64,000 bases of DNA from Eledone cirrhosa (lineage: Eukaryota). Made by a program: the position numbers and the translations under genes. Every line of letters starts with the position of its first letter. The first letter of the stretch is position 1. Shown here piece after piece: positions 45,061-59,655 of this stretch. The stretch is taken from contig OZ024743.1 in assembly GCA_964016885.1 (NCBI GenBank), forward strand, positions 112,840,001 through 112,904,000. Reading direction: 5' to 3'. The notes below the pieces were generated by a model, which was not told the DNA's origin, made no database searches, and saw only the letters and a program-made list of their open reading frames with translations.

Positions 45061-45414
45061 GATAGATTATTATTTCATTGTTTTGCGATCGTTTCAGAGG
45101 GTCGATTGATCGTGGAAGATCGATGTATCGACTTGCATAGTAGTGGTTACGCTACTACCTACTTCTAGTCTCGAAAGTCCTGTTCGATTGATCGTCTTCT
45201 TCAGAAACGCTAAACTATGATTTTATTTGCTACACACACACTCACACACACACGTATATATATATATATATATGAATGATACATATAATATAAAGAGGCG
45301 GAGTTTGTGTGCCCCAGTGATAGAAGAGAGGGATATGCAGAAATAACATATAAAGGGTGTGTAAAGAAAGTAGATAATAAACATAAAAATAAGAATAATC
45401 ATTTTGTAATACTT

Positions 45415-45740
45415 ATAATAATGGTTTCTTATATAGGCACAATGCCAGCAATTTGGGGAAGGGAAAAGTCGGTTAAATTGACCCCAGTACGTGACTGGTA
45501 CTTTATTTTATCGACCCCGTAAGGATGAAAGGCAAAGTTAACTCTATGCTGCAAATCATGGCATCCGACCATCTACCGATACTGCCAATCCACCGCCCTT
45601 GTAATACCTATAATAATTGTTTCTACTTTTTGGCACAAGGCCAGCAATTATCCCAGTGTACAGTGTATTACTGGTACTTTATTTTATCGACCCCCGTAAG
45701 GATGAAAGGCAAAGTTAACCTCGGCGGGATTTGAACTCAG
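45415..45740 (-). mobile_element. Two SINE family 1 copies (minus strand)
   Basis: Reverse complement of family 1 motifs. Confidence 0.85.
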
Positions 45741-45787
45741 TCTTGGTAGTAGATAGGATACAGGTACTGTAGTTGTAGCAGGTGTGA

Positions 45788-45905
45788 AGGCGCGTAGCGT
45801 AGTGGTAAGCGTGTTGGAATTACGATCATAATGTCGTGGGTTCAATTTATGGGCTTAGTTGCGTGTTGTGTTCTTGAGCAAAACACTTCATTTTACTTTG
45901 CTCCA
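45788..45905 (+). mobile_element. tRNA-derived SINE family 2
   Basis: A/B boxes plus TGTTCTTGAGCAAAACACTT; homologous to 27004. Confidence 0.7.
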
Positions 45906-46443
45906 GGGTGACGTCTTGTACTCTCAGTCGCTTCACGCCATGAAACCGGGATAATCACCGGCCAAATGAGCCTTCTGGCTTAAGACAGTTGTAATAGTTA
46001 GATAATTGACTTTTAGTGTTATGGTTATTTGATGGAGTTGTGTGTATACACCAGTTGACCCAAACTAGCAGAATGCGACGGTCTGTTAGGTCATAAATAA
46101 GATAGTCGGTTAGTGTGATCAAAATTGGCCGGCATCATTAAAAAGCCGTGCTAATAGCGTCTGTCTTTGTAGTTGGGAGCGGGGATACGTGGAAACAATT
46201 ATCCTAATATATAGAGAGAGATTTGTTAATTTAGTAGTTCAACAAAGCAACGTATTGGACAGCATACGGTTTCGACAACCAAATGGTATGTATACTTTAT
46301 TATCAATATCTCCACTTATTCCAAAAAATACTCCCCTGACGAAACAACAAATTCTTCTAATATTGCTTATGACAATGACTTGAAATGGTTGGTATTGTTT
46401 CTTTTGTTTTTGAAACCATGTGAGTGAGACTTTCTTATTTTAG

Positions 46444-47148
46444 TAAATAGGTTGACCAAGATACTCTCATGAAATGTGACAAGATGAGATTTATTTGTCA
46501 ACATTGTGCCCCTTGCAGTCCATACCCTTCTTCCATCGGTTTTGCAGTTTTGGATCCCATTGGTGAAAAGGTGTTCATCCTGTTGGTCAAAAAAGCCATC
46601 AACAACAGATTTGACGTCATCAGCACTGTGATATTGGTTCCCAGCCAAAGTCACGCACGGCAACCATTGACACCAATGTATTATGTGCTGGAGCATTGTT
46701 CTGATGAATCAAATCATTTTCGTCAGTTTTCCTGGGCATTTGGTCTTGATAGCCTTTCCTAACTGTCTGGGCAAGTTGTCATAGTACTCTCTATTGATGT
46801 GTGACTCTTCTGGAGGTAGTCAATAAACACAATGCTTTTTGCATCCAAAAAAACTTCCCATCACATTCCCTGCATTTGAAACAACCATAGCATTCTTTGG
46901 AACAGATGAGGAGGGTTTTTTCCTCTGCATGGATTGTCTCCTATAATGTAGCAACCATGCGATCATATATGTCATTGAGGGCTAAACCCTTTTTCTGCAG
47001 ATACTTGACGATGCCAAATTTTGTCCATTTTCAAGAGAAGTTATTAATACAGTTATTAATAAAAGTTGAAATTAATGCATGCAAGATTTCATAGCTCTAA
47101 CATTACTCCTTTATAGTCAGCCTAAGAACTGTTCAGCCCACTCCCGTA
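46444..47148 (-). mobile_element. Decayed mariner-type DNA transposon fragment
   Basis: LAGNQYHSADDVKSVVDGFFDQQDEHLFTNGIQ plus a WKK..D..G..V C-terminus in a shifted frame; terminus TA|CGGGAGTGGGCTGAACAGTTC is TIR-like. Confidence 0.75.
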
Positions 47149-47329
47149 TACATATACATATATATATATGTATATGTATTCAGGTTTGAGGTTCACCACT
47201 GTATAGAGCTGGTCTATTCCGTATGGTCAATCGTAATGCAATAATATAGAGAGTGGTGCTATTACGGAGTTAAATATTATAATGAAATGACAGGAGGCTG
47301 GATTTGTGTAAATCCTTGAAAGGTTTATT

Positions 47330-47387
47330 ATACTATGATCATTTCAATGACCGGGTTCCGTATGAATCCGGTGATATCATCAGGTAT
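47330..47387 (-). ncRNA. Type I hammerhead ribozyme motif with extended stem II
   Basis: auac CUGAUGA [uauca-ccgg-auuc-auacg-gaac-ccgg-ucauu] GAAA ugauca UA guau, immediately followed by AATAAA. Confidence 0.72.
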
Positions 47388-47923
47388 TCGAAATATAATA
47401 CGTGAATGTAATAGATAAAATCCATGGGGCTGAAAATCGAGGACCGGAGGGCGACCGCTATTCTGTTCCTTCAACCTCAGCCGGTCGCCCTCGAGTGACG
47501 TGGCTAAAGTTTATAGTATGCTACTACCGGTCAGATAAACGAAAACAGAAAGGGATGGGAACATAAGTTAGCGTCAATATCATGACACAAGGTAAAAGAA
47601 GGAAAGAAAGGAAGGAGAGAGAAGAAGGGGGAAGAAAGAAGAAGAGAAGCCAGGGTTAATGTCAGCTAAAAGAAGAAAGGCAACTACTACCGGTCAGATA
47701 TAGGCAAGCAAGAGGGGGAAGGAAGATAAGTCTGCGGGAGGAAGACAGTAAGAGGGGAGAAGAGAAGGAAGAGAAGAGAGAAGTAGAAAAGTAAGGGTTG
47801 ATGGCTACAAGAAGGAAGATAGAAAGAAAGAGGAAGAAAGGTCGATATTAATGTCAGACCACAGTCAGGCCAGGAGTGGCGCTAGAAAATTTTCACAGGG
47901 ACCCGCATCTTAGCAGAGGTGAA

Positions 47924-47994
<71 letters not shown>

Positions 47995-48133
47995 ATGTCC
48001 AGAATTAGCCGTCGAAACGGCTTCAGCTCAGCCATCGGGGTCCTACTCGTTCCTATTACACACTCTACTACCCTAAGTATTGAGTAGTTTGGTGCGTTAT
48101 GGTCCACCTGGTTCCTTACCACATTTCCTTCGT

Positions 48134-48165
<32 letters not shown>

Positions 48166-49619
48166 AATAAAGTAAGGAGTGCGGGGACTGCGTACGGTTT
48201 ATTTCTTTTAATCCAGTTAGTAAAATAAGTTGGAGCACTTTGAATAAATAATGAATGAATATTACATAATTTCTCTACTAAATTTCGTAGCTGTTGATTA
48301 AATATATTTCATTGCTTATTTAAAGATTCACTTCTTTAAAATGTTCAACACTTCGGGTTAGCGATCGCTTAAATAAACATTCATATATTTCCGTCACTAA
48401 TTTTCTCCTAATGCAGTTTATATATAATATCGTCTTTTTTTAATGTATCATGGATTACGTTACATAAGAGAGTGTAACGCAGTCTTCGTTCAATTTTTGT
48501 GGATATTGTCAATTACGATTTTATTAGATGTATCATATCTACATGCATATATACTTGCGTATAATATCAATATGCACACTACACATGCTAGCAGAAAAAC
48601 CACCCGAGACTATGGTAAATGGTACTTGTCCAAGACGCCACGCAGTGGGACAGAACTCGGGTCCTAATGATTGCGTAAGATACGTATCCCTCTATAGATC
48701 TTAGTCTTGCAATAGCATATTCTAGAATATGATCTTTCCATATCATTTGCGATAGATTGGTATTTTATCTCAGAACGTAATGCCTATCTCATTCAAATTC
48801 TAAAGTAATTAACGCTATAGAACCTAAAAATCAAACAAAAGCTTTATGATGACATGTGGTTTGGCAGGAAAAGACGACAAGTTAAAACCCTAAAATATCT
48901 TATTTTTATACGTGATTTACGAGTGTTTCTTCCTTCGTCAAAGAAATTATTTAAATGTAAATAAATGCATTCATTATCATTTACGCACATGTATTTCGCG
49001 TGCGCATAGTCATTTATTTCAGGAAGTTTAATTTGGCCAATATTGACAGAATTTGCGAACAAAACCTTTGGCTTGGACATATGATTTGTTCATTAAAATT
49101 AATTTCTGTTTTGGTTTGGTTGTTGTTGTTGTATTTTGTTTTTACTCTTGTTTGTGTTATTCCTTTTTATCACGTTTTCATTTTTTTTTTTTTACTGTAT
49201 ATTCAATTTCTTTTTATAAGGTCCTTAATAGATTTAAACTAGGTTTTATAGCTCGATTTTATTGCTACATTACACAAATCTTTTAAGAAGAGCACACTTT
49301 TAAGACTGGAGGCTTTTAACTGCTCTGCTGGAAATAAAAATTCTGACAGATTTACAGAGACTGATTAGAATTAATGAAATATCAATAATTGTTACGTGTT
49401 GTTTTATCGATTTTCCTCAATAAAGTAAGATTACCATTTACAAGATTCACTATATTATGTTTTAATAATTTCAAATAATATTAAATGAATTACAATAACG
49501 GTATGTATTTGTGTGTGTACACATATATATGTACACACACATACATACATATACATATACACACACACCACTCATATATATATATGTGTGTTTATTTATA
49601 TTATTATTATTTTGACTCA

Positions 49620-49967
49620 TAGAGTTACGGTCCTTGCCATTCTGAGTTCAAATCCCACCGAGGTTAACTTTGCCTTTCATCCTTACAGGGTCGATAAAAT
49701 AAAGTACCAGTAATGAACTGAGTAATTGCTGCCCTTGTGCTAAAAGTAGAAACAATTATTATTATTATTAAAGGGCGGTGGATTGGCAGTAACGGTAGAG
49801 GTTCGGACGCCATGCTTTCCAGCATAGTTACGTCCCTTTATGATCTGAGTTCAAATCCCGCCGATGTTAACTTTGCCTTTCATCCTTACGGGGTCGATAA
49901 AATAAAGTACCAGTAATGCACTGGGATAATTGCTGGCCTTGTGCCTAAAGTAGAAACAATTATTATT
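49620..49967 (+). mobile_element. Two tandem SINE family 1 copies (first 5'-truncated)
   Basis: Family motifs. Confidence 0.88.
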
Positions 49968-51248
49968 AAATTCAATACTACAGTGAGGACATGACACGGA
50001 GAAAGGCAAGAACATGCGTTTCGTTGAGCGAACTCAACTTATTCAACTTGCAGTGTTTCAACGAAAATTAGAAGTTCCGGAAACAGAAAACGTAGGCGAG
50101 GGAAGTAATTTACAGAGAAGTAAAATTACAGAGTAGTTATATTTCGTATAACTTTATGGTAGATGAAAATGAAAAACAAATGAATAATTAAAGAAATTAA
50201 AGTAATTAAAAACTTCAAGTGGGCCATCTAATCAGAAGGTACTCAGAACCATGAGGACAACGATTAAATGAATCCAGATGAGAGTTTAGAAATCTCGTGT
50301 TGGTAGAAAACATTTTCAGGATAAACCATCTTTCATCCGAGCATAAATTACAGATGTTCTATCCGTTTATGTAAAGTCTACATTTTTACCCATGTCCGTG
50401 AGTATATACCTCAAAGGTATAAGGCAATACCTCATTTGCCAACTTCCTCGTATTCCTCTAGTCAGTGTGTTTGACAGTCGTTTCATGAATTAGGAAACGG
50501 TTTTTACATCGACTTTCCGCTATGTCTACCTATATGCAAATTTCTTTTTCTACTAGAAATATGAAATCCCGCCTCTTAAACACCCGAATCCGAAGACCTA
50601 TAGACGCTCATGCAAAAAGTCAGATACATGCCTGCTTGTTCAACAGTTTAACACCCCAACCGTAATATCCGAGGCTGAAATCACATCATCAAATCAACAT
50701 CATCGGCAAGATACCTGGACATACGTACGCATGTCGGAAAGTCGATTTAAAAACCGTAATGAGAATGATGATAATAAGAGTAGTGATGATGATAACAAGG
50801 GCGATGATAGTGGTGGTGATGTAAGTATATATTTTATGTAAAATATGTATGTATTGACCCATAGCTCATAGTGGAATCGTAGGAGTACTTTAGTGATATA
50901 AGGCGTTTCTTGAGCATGCTAACCTAGAGGAGACAGCCGATTTCTCCCAGAGAGACAGAGAGAGACAGAGACAGAGAGAGAGACGGAGAGACAGAGAGAG
51001 AGAGAGAGAGAGAGGGGGGGGCAGAGAGACAGACAGAGAGAGAGGCACAGAGCGAAAGAGGAAGAGGGAGAGAGAGAGACAGACAGAGAGACAGACAGAG
51101 AGACAGACAGAGAGACAAACAGAGAGACAGACAGAGAGACAGAGAGAGACAGACAGAGAGAGGCATAGAGAGAAAGAGGGAGAGAAAGAGAGAGAGACAG
51201 ACAGCCAGAGAGAGAGGGGCAGAGAGAGAGGTACAGAGAGAAAGAGGA

Positions 51249-51291
<43 letters not shown>

Positions 51292-51800
51292 AAGCCAGAG
51301 AGAGGAGCAGACAGAGAGACTGGAAGTGGGAAAGAGATAATGATGAAGTATCTGGACTGGTATTTTTTGAATGGCACACCACATAACATACGAAATGTAA
51401 AGTTTTCTTTTCCTAAAATTATTTTCAATCTTCGGTACATCTGGTGTAGATAAAATGTGTTTCCTTTGGAGTTTGGCAGGTAACCTCTTTAGAGAAGTTT
51501 ACTGAATGATATATGGTAAATGTAAAGGATGTGGTGAACTGACCTCTTATATTTTAAACATAGTAGTAGAGGCTAGCCCTTATCCAGGTCTGAACACAGA
51601 CGATCTCTTCCAGAGGAGAGTGTGAGAGTGAGATAGAGGAGGGAGGAAGGGGAGGAGAAGGGAGAGGAGGTAGATGGGAGGAGAAGAAGAAAAGGAGGAG
51701 GGGAAGGAGGGGTAGAGGAAGAGTAAGAGTAGGAGGGTGGGGAGAGGGAGAGGGAGGAGGTGGGGAGGTTTAGAATTGTTATTATTGTGATGAAGATGAA

Positions 51801-51854
<54 letters not shown>

Positions 51855-53018
51855 GAAGATTGTGACCCCGATGATGATAACTTTCATTATGATGACGACA
51901 ACGAAGATGATGATGATTGTGATAGTGAGGATGATGATGATGATGATAACCACGACAATTATAATAATAAAAATTGTTTGCCTCTATATTTTGTAATTCA
52001 ATATATGTCCAGAATTTGAAAATATTTGTGATATACTGACCAATTGTTTTGTCATATTTCAGTTACATGATTGTGTTTTATGGTCATTTGTAATAACACA
52101 CGCTATGTCCATTGGTAATAGTGTCTCATATTAAAATATTAACTAAATATAATGGTAACTGTTACCAATATTGATCAGTCATATTTATAAAAGTATATAT
52201 ATAGTATGGATGATGTTCAATATATATTTAGCGTGGTGGTGGATGTAGAGTCGGGTTTAATGGGGGGGGCAAAGGAGGGCAATTACCCCGGGCCCCCTGC
52301 TGTAGTGGTCCCCACCAGCTATGGCGGCCGTAGCAATTTATTTGTGCCCTCAGTTGTGCTTTTTAGTTTTAAGATGGTTAGAATTTTTGAAGCTTCTACA
52401 ACGCAGCTGGGGTTGAAAATATTAGGTAACATAATCGGATGAAGAAACGGCGTTGTAAGGTAAGTTGGAGAAAAGCAACAATTTTTTTTTTTTAATGAAG
52501 AGGAGGAAAAATAACAAGAATCAGAAATGTTACCTTGGAAACATTTTTGGTCCCTATATTTCAGATGTACGATCCATTATCATAGGGTCCGATGGGAACC
52601 TCAGAGAATGTCGGAGAGGAGCTTACTATACCTCTATGTAGCTCCTGTTGGAATTATAATTGACTGAAATTCACAGCGGTGTGGGATCGACAGAGGATAC
52701 CTAGCAGGTGCTACCCAGCTGGCAGGTAGTAGTAGTAATTTGCCGAATGTGGTAGGTTGCATTGGGGTTGACTGTTTTATCATTCGATGGTTTCGTTGCC
52801 GTGGGGATTGTCTTTTGGCTTTATTTGTTTATTTACTTGTCATTTACTTATGCTTTTGTGACCAGGTCAAATTCGCCATTAAACCTCCTTTCTTTCCTGT
52901 CTGTTGTTGATGGGCGGTCCCATTTGTTTCATCTAACGTGCTTCTTTGGACCACAGGGTGGCTATGCTGCTTTCCGTGGCTAGTATCATGACTGTGAGTC
53001 TCTTGTCTTTGTTTCCGC

Positions 53019-53194
53019 ATAGTATCGGCAGAGGGTCGGACGCCATGCTTTCCAGCATAGTTACGTCCCTTTACGATCTGAGTTCAAATCCCGCCGAGGT
53101 TGACTTTGCCTTTGATCCTTACGGGGTCGATAAAATAAAAGTACCAGTATTGCACTGGTAATTGCTGGCCTTGTGCCTAAAGTAGAAACAATTA
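53019..53194 (+). mobile_element. SINE family 1 (5'-truncated)
   Basis: Family motifs. Confidence 0.88.
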
Positions 53195-53214
53195 TATGTC
53201 CGGAATGACGAAAG

Positions 53215-53660
53215 GTTTGTTGCCGATGTAATCGTTGCACATGTCACATTCTAGGTTGTGTACCACGTAAGGAAGCAGGCAATAGCTTATGTGGCGTATA
53301 TGGCAGTTGCTCAGAGAGCATTTGTTTTCTTCGGTATAGAACTGCAAGGATACCACGTCAAGACTGAAGGCATACCTGTTTATCTTGCGGGTGCCAGGGT
53401 CCAGTTGGAGAAGTCATTTGATGGCCTCATCCGAACTGTTCATGTGACCCCGGAAGGTGGCTACTACTGGTTTTACGATCCTGGATAGGAGCCATGAGAT
53501 CTTGAATAATGGTCCTTCCATGCTGGATACAATGAGTCTGCTTTTCAGGTCGAGTTCTTATTTGTGAACCTTGATGAGGTAGTTGAAGGCGGGTAGCCGG
53601 CTGTTCCTCATTAAAAAGTTGTTTCGTAGCCTTTGGGGGCATTTCCACCGGTCGTTGATG
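53215..53660 (-). pseudogene. Internally deleted PLE remnant: RT N-terminus joined to a GIY-YIG fragment
   Basis: Manual translation: PAFNYLIKVHK*..SRLIVSSMEGPLFKISWLLSRIVKP..HMNSSDE..FSLDVVSL, then YVVHNLECDMCNDYIG. Confidence 0.7.
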
Positions 53661-55504
53661 TTGGTCCAAGTGGTATTAATTCGTTCCTCTATTTGTGTGA
53701 TTCTCGTGACCTTATTATAAAGACTGTTGTCATGAAGGTGTCACTAAAGCAGTTCTACATTTTTTTACAACTGATTTACAATACATTATCTCTGATTCTT
53801 GTTTTTTTCTTCCCCTCCTTTTTTTCCCTTTTTTCTTTTTCTTCTCCCCTTAACCTCATCTCATTGTTTCTTCATCCGGTTTTGTTGACTTAATATTTAC
53901 AGCTCCACATGCTTTGTAGCAGCTTCTAAAATATAACCAATTATATATATATAGAGAGAGAGATGAGCTTACGGTATTCCCAGGTAGTAAGAAGTAATCG
54001 AATGTCTAACAATTCAGATTTCTTAGACCTAATACGTGTGTTAGAATTATTAATAATCATTATTAAATTAAATTATTTAACATTAACATCTCTGTCCCAG
54101 TGACTGTTCCACAACCCTTGACTTTATATACACAAATGAAATTTAAACTCGATATGCGTGTGCTGACCTAAGACACTGAATCTTGTTCGTATTGGAAACA
54201 AAATTTCGACTCCCCTGATGATAATATAAGTGACAGCAAGGATATAACCAGTTGCTTCTTGGGCTTAGAATGGACGTAAACGGCACATAACACATTTTTA
54301 AAATATCGCAACATCAGCACAAATGTAACTTTGAAAAGCACCACATAGCAGAAACCCGTAAGTGCAAAAACAAATTAGATAAGTGTGATAATTTCTGCAT
54401 TCACAACCTTTTAAAAAGAAAACTGTAATTTATTTTGTATGAATTAATTTCTTTCGTTGTAATAAATTGAATAAACGGCAAAATAAAATATGTCGGTGTT
54501 AATTCGTATCATTCCAATAATAAAACTGTCTCTTTTTCTTTCACATACAAGTACATCTATGTTATTATACATTACCAGCCTGAACATACATATTGCATGT
54601 TGGTATACATTATAAAACTCACACATATATCACACGTCAACATTACACACATACACACATACACAACCATCGCGCACACACACACACACACGCATCACAT
54701 ACACACACACATCATGTGCACTCACACATCACATACACACATACATCACTCGAACACACACACACACTTACACATCATACAAACATCACACGCGCACACA
54801 CATCACTCGCATCATATATACTCACACATCACATATATACGTATATACGTATATATATATACTCACACATCACATATATACGTTACACGGACACATTAGA
54901 TACGTACACGCATCTTACAACCATCACACGCACACACACATCACTCAATCATACACGCTCTCACATCACATACATATATCACACGGACACATTACATACA
55001 TACACGCATCTTACAACCATCACACGCACACACACATCACTAAATCATAGACGCTCTCACATCACATACATACATCATACGGACACATTACATACATACA
55101 CACATAACACAACCATCACACGCACACACACACATATCATTCACATCACATACACACATACATACACACATCACACAACCATCACATATACACACAGCAC
55201 ACACACACATCAGACACCTACATAAAACACACGTAAACTACGCACACACAAACGCACACACCGTATACACACATACTTACATCACACACACACACACACA
55301 CACACTCACACACGTACCACACATCATCGAAACAAATTCTACTAAAAGACAACAGAAAAGCTGGGATATTTACCAAAAGTTACAATGCGAGTAACTTATA
55401 TATTATATACCTGTCTCGTTGTGTGTGCATGTAGGCACTTGTGTGTGAGTGCGTGTGTGTGAGTGTGTATGTGTGTGTGTGTGTATGTGTGTGTGTGTGT
55501 GTGT

Positions 55505-55597
<93 letters not shown>

Positions 55598-55672
55598 TTA
55601 TAATCGCCATTACAGGATTGATAGAATTTTGTTACTAAAAGGAAAAATGATTTTACAGGACTGTTTTGTTTT

Positions 55673-55704
<32 letters not shown>

Positions 55705-57011
55705 CCATCCCACCACCCCGCAACTAACATCACTAACACCCCCTGACCCCAAGCACACGAACACACGCACCCACTTACACCACCCACCCCACACGCAACT
55801 AACATCACTAACACCCCCAAACCCACGCACACGTACCCACACACCCTCGTACACCACCAACTCTACACACCCTACCACCACTAACCCCCACTCACACCTG
55901 CATTCAACCCTTTCTCCACCTCCCGTATACTAACACCCACTAACACCCCCTTCATCAAACTACACACACACCAGTACACCACACTCTCTCCATCGACCCC
56001 CACAACCTTCTCTCCCCGCTCCACCCACACCCTTTCTCCACACTCACTCATCCCACTAACACCTCTACTAATACACACACACACCCTCCTCACTCCAACT
56101 TTCACACCTACCCATCCTCGCCCCTTTACCATTCCACCCGACTGCTGCTATGCCTTCTGACCACCTCCCAGCACACACAGACACACAGCACTCCTACCGC
56201 CTTGACCACTTCCTGTTGCGCGCGCACCCCAGATCTCTCCTCTTCCGACCATCTCTCCATGGATTACTCGTATGTGGAGGTTGACCGCGGAATCAACTAC
56301 CATCCTAGGAGTTTACCAACCTTTCAACCACATCCTCTTACAGAATCACCTTTATAACTCACCCACACACACACCAAAAAAATTTCTTTTTCCCACACGC
56401 CACCTACACCCACAACACGCTTAAACCCCTCACACACGTGCTTTCCACCACATGTTTACACCTTCAGCCTCCGGATTCCTCTCCCCCCACCCCTCTATCC
56501 ACACACGCACACACACTCCGACCTACACCCCACCCCACACACACCTCTTCCTGAACATGCAACCCCGTTCTTCCCCCAACCCTTGCTTTCACATACACAC
56601 ACACACACACGTACACCTACACACACACACACACGTACACCTACACACACACACCACCTTCAGCCCTCTCCGCTCGGACACCCCGTCTCCCTCTCCCCAC
56701 TCCACCCGCCACCACCCCTACACACCCCACACCCTTCCACCTCCTGTTTTACCCCATTTTAATTTTATTTTATTTTGATCATGCTTTTATTTTTAATTTC
56801 ATTCGCACCGTTTCCTCCCACCCCTTTTCGCTATATGTCTCTCCACCACTCCCCTACACACCATTTGAACTCTCTTCCCACACACTTTTCACCTGAAGAA
56901 GGGCTTATGCCCGAAACGCCGTTCCCCACCACCACCCCACTCTCCAGAGCGTGAAATTAATAAACATTCGTTGTACTGCCTCTCTGTTTTGTTCCTGTTC
57001 AAATTTTCCAT
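55705..57011 (+). mobile_element. 3'-UTR/pLTR-only copy of the C-rich PLE family at 11930, in (TA)n
   Basis: Colinear with ~13400-14755; same CTGAAGAAGGGCTTATGCCCGAAACG core at 56893. Confidence 0.88.
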
Positions 57012-57100
57012 TATATATATATATATATATATATATGTGAGTGTGTATATATATATATATGTGTATATGTGTATGTATACATACATATATATATAAATAC

Positions 57101-57171
<71 letters not shown>

Positions 57172-57243
57172 ATTTATGTATATGTGTATGTATACATACA
57201 CATATACACATATATATATACACACACACACATATATATATAG

Positions 57244-57289
<46 letters not shown>

Positions 57290-58360
57290 TTGTGTATAAT
57301 GGTAGCTATGGTGCTTCCATAGGCGGTATACCAAAATTAGCACTCAATATTCATACAGAGTAGAGTGTGGATAGTATAAAAAAACGAAAAATCAGTGACG
57401 CATCTGGACTCAGTTTATTGCGTGTTACAATTGTTTCGCCGGCAGGTAGCTCGAGACATGATCACTGTATGGATCTGGATGATTCTACGGCTGCAGATTC
57501 CTTCGGACATGGGTAGTTCGTTCGGGGCAAATTTTCTCACTGGGGTGTTATCGTCAAAAACACACCTTCAAAAAACATCTTCCACTCTTGACATGCCATT
57601 GGCTATTGTTATTCTACGTCATCTTAAGTTCTGGTCATTATTTACTGCTACACGGGTCATCAGCCATTTTCCGTCCGACACACTTCAATGGAGTTGTGCT
57701 GGGTTCGGTATCTCATACGTCTGTTCACACTCCAGAGTATGTACCCACACATACACACACACACATATATACACACACACGGGCAGGCACAGACACATAT
57801 GTGCGCATACATGTGTAGATACACCTACCCCCATGCACATATATACACGCACACACTCTCCCTCTCTTCCACAAACCCAGGCACATCCACTTCTATATAC
57901 CGGCCACCACAAGCCTATTAGCGCCTGCCTAAATCGCGCCATACATCCGATCCCACACGCACGCAAACGCACACACACGCGCAGACACACGTCTGTATAC
58001 ACATACGTTTATATACACCCGTATACAAACACATAGACAAACCATGTCCTATGTGGGTGTACTTACGCGCCCACACACACACACCCACTGACAGATACGC
58101 ACACCCACGCAAACATACACATATACACACACTTACGCGCGCACATATACCTACGCACAACCTTATATACATATGTGTGCGCGCGTATGTGTGTGTATAT
58201 GTGTATGTTTATATGTGTAAGTTTCTATGTGTATGTGCGTGTATACATGTGTATGTGTATGTGTGTGTGTGTATGTATATATGTATGTGTGTATACGTGT
58301 GTGTCTGCATGCGTGTGTATATGTGTGTGTGTCTATGTACACACACACACATATAAATAA

Positions 58361-58434
<74 letters not shown>

Positions 58435-58559
58435 AGGGTAAATATTGATGCAATTCAAATCAAGCACTCAACGTACTTTTTCCACATAGGAGTGACGGAG
58501 TAAATATCGAATAAGGAAAAGCGAAGTAGTTTCAGATGTTCAAGTCCTTTAATAATAAT

Positions 58560-58633
58560 GCTGTGATATGTATTTCAGTGACGACACTGGCCACACTGTT
58601 CTGTGTGCGAGTGTCGTGTCATCATCAGACAGC
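58560..58633 (-). ncRNA. Type I hammerhead with extended stem II (left arm)
   Basis: Mirror of 58820-58892; stem III uacaua. Confidence 0.72.
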
Positions 58634-58819
58634 TTGTTACATAATAAGGTTATGTTTCCGAGGCAATCCAAATTGGATCCACAAGGGAACGGATGAATTG
58701 CGTGTTCTTGGATTTTTCCGACAAGGGAGCGGATGAAAAACCCAAGAACACGCAATTCATCCGTTCCCTTGTCGATCCAATTTGGATTGCCTCGGAAACA
58801 TAACCTTATTATGTAACAA

Positions 58820-58892
58820 GCTGTCTGATGATGACACGACACTCGCACACAGAAAGTGTGGCCAGTGTCGTCACTGAAATATATATCACAGC
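58820..58892 (+). ncRNA. Type I hammerhead with extended stem II (right arm)
   Basis: gcugu CUGAUGA ugac-acgacacu-cg-cacac-agaaa-gugug-gcc-agugucgu-cacu GAAA uauaua UC acagc. Confidence 0.8.
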
Positions 58893-59565
58893 ATTATTAT
58901 TAAAGGACTTGAACATCTGAAACTACTTCGCTTTTCCTTATTCGATTATATATATATATGGTGTGAGTATCTGTCAGTGGGTGTGTGTGTGTGGGCGCGT
59001 ACGTACACCCACATAGGACATGGTTTGTCTATGTGTTTGTATACGGGTGTATATAAACGTATGTGTATACAGACGTGTGTGTCTGCGCGTGTGTGTGCGT
59101 TTGCGTGCGTGTGGGACCGGATGTATAGCGCGGATTAGGCAGGTGCTAATAGGCTTGTGGCGGTCGGAATATAGAAGTGAGTGTGCCTGGGTTTGTGGAA
59201 GAGAGGGAGAGTGTGTGCGTGTGTATATGTGCATGGGGGTAGGTGTATCTACACATGTATGTGCGCATATGTGTATGCGCGCATGTGTCTGTGCCTGCCC
59301 GTGTGTGTGTATATGTGTGTGTGTATGTGTGGGTACATACTCGGGAGTGTGAACAGACGTATGAGATACCGAACCCAGCATGACTCCATCGAAGTGTGTC
59401 GGACGGAAAATGGCTGATGACCTGTGTAGCAGTAAATAATGACCAGAACTTAAGATGACGTAGAATAACAACAGCCAATGGCATGACAAGAGTGGAAGAT
59501 GTTTTTTGAAGATGTTTTTTTGACGATAACACCCCAGTGAGAACATTTGCTCCGGACGAACTACC

Positions 59566-59655
59566 CGTGTCCGAAGGAACCTGCAGCCGTAGAATCAGCC
59601 AGATTCATACAGTGATCATGTTGGAGCTACCTGCCGGCGAAACAATCGTAACACG
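59566..59655 (+). ncRNA. Hammerhead-like motif with a variant core and 61-nt stem II (mirror at 57421-57511, minus)
   Basis: cgugu CCGAAGG [61 nt] GAAA caaucg UA acacg, then AATAAA. Confidence 0.45.

Larger units (their letters stand above)
58437..58946. repeat. Inner foldback with ~213-bp arms (58506-58718 and 58735-58946), each carrying a hammerhead
   Basis: Near-perfect reverse complement; 16-nt spacer. Confidence 0.93.

Noticed and set aside
46260-46310. UUGAUAA...GAAACCGUA on the minus strand; also CUGAUGA hits near 10125 and 54216
   Set aside because: Stem I, II or III cannot be formed convincingly.
57395-58036. 213-aa ORF and its mirror ORFs at 58974-59546
   Set aside because: No recognisable domain; the frame is not conserved between arms; partly microsatellite.
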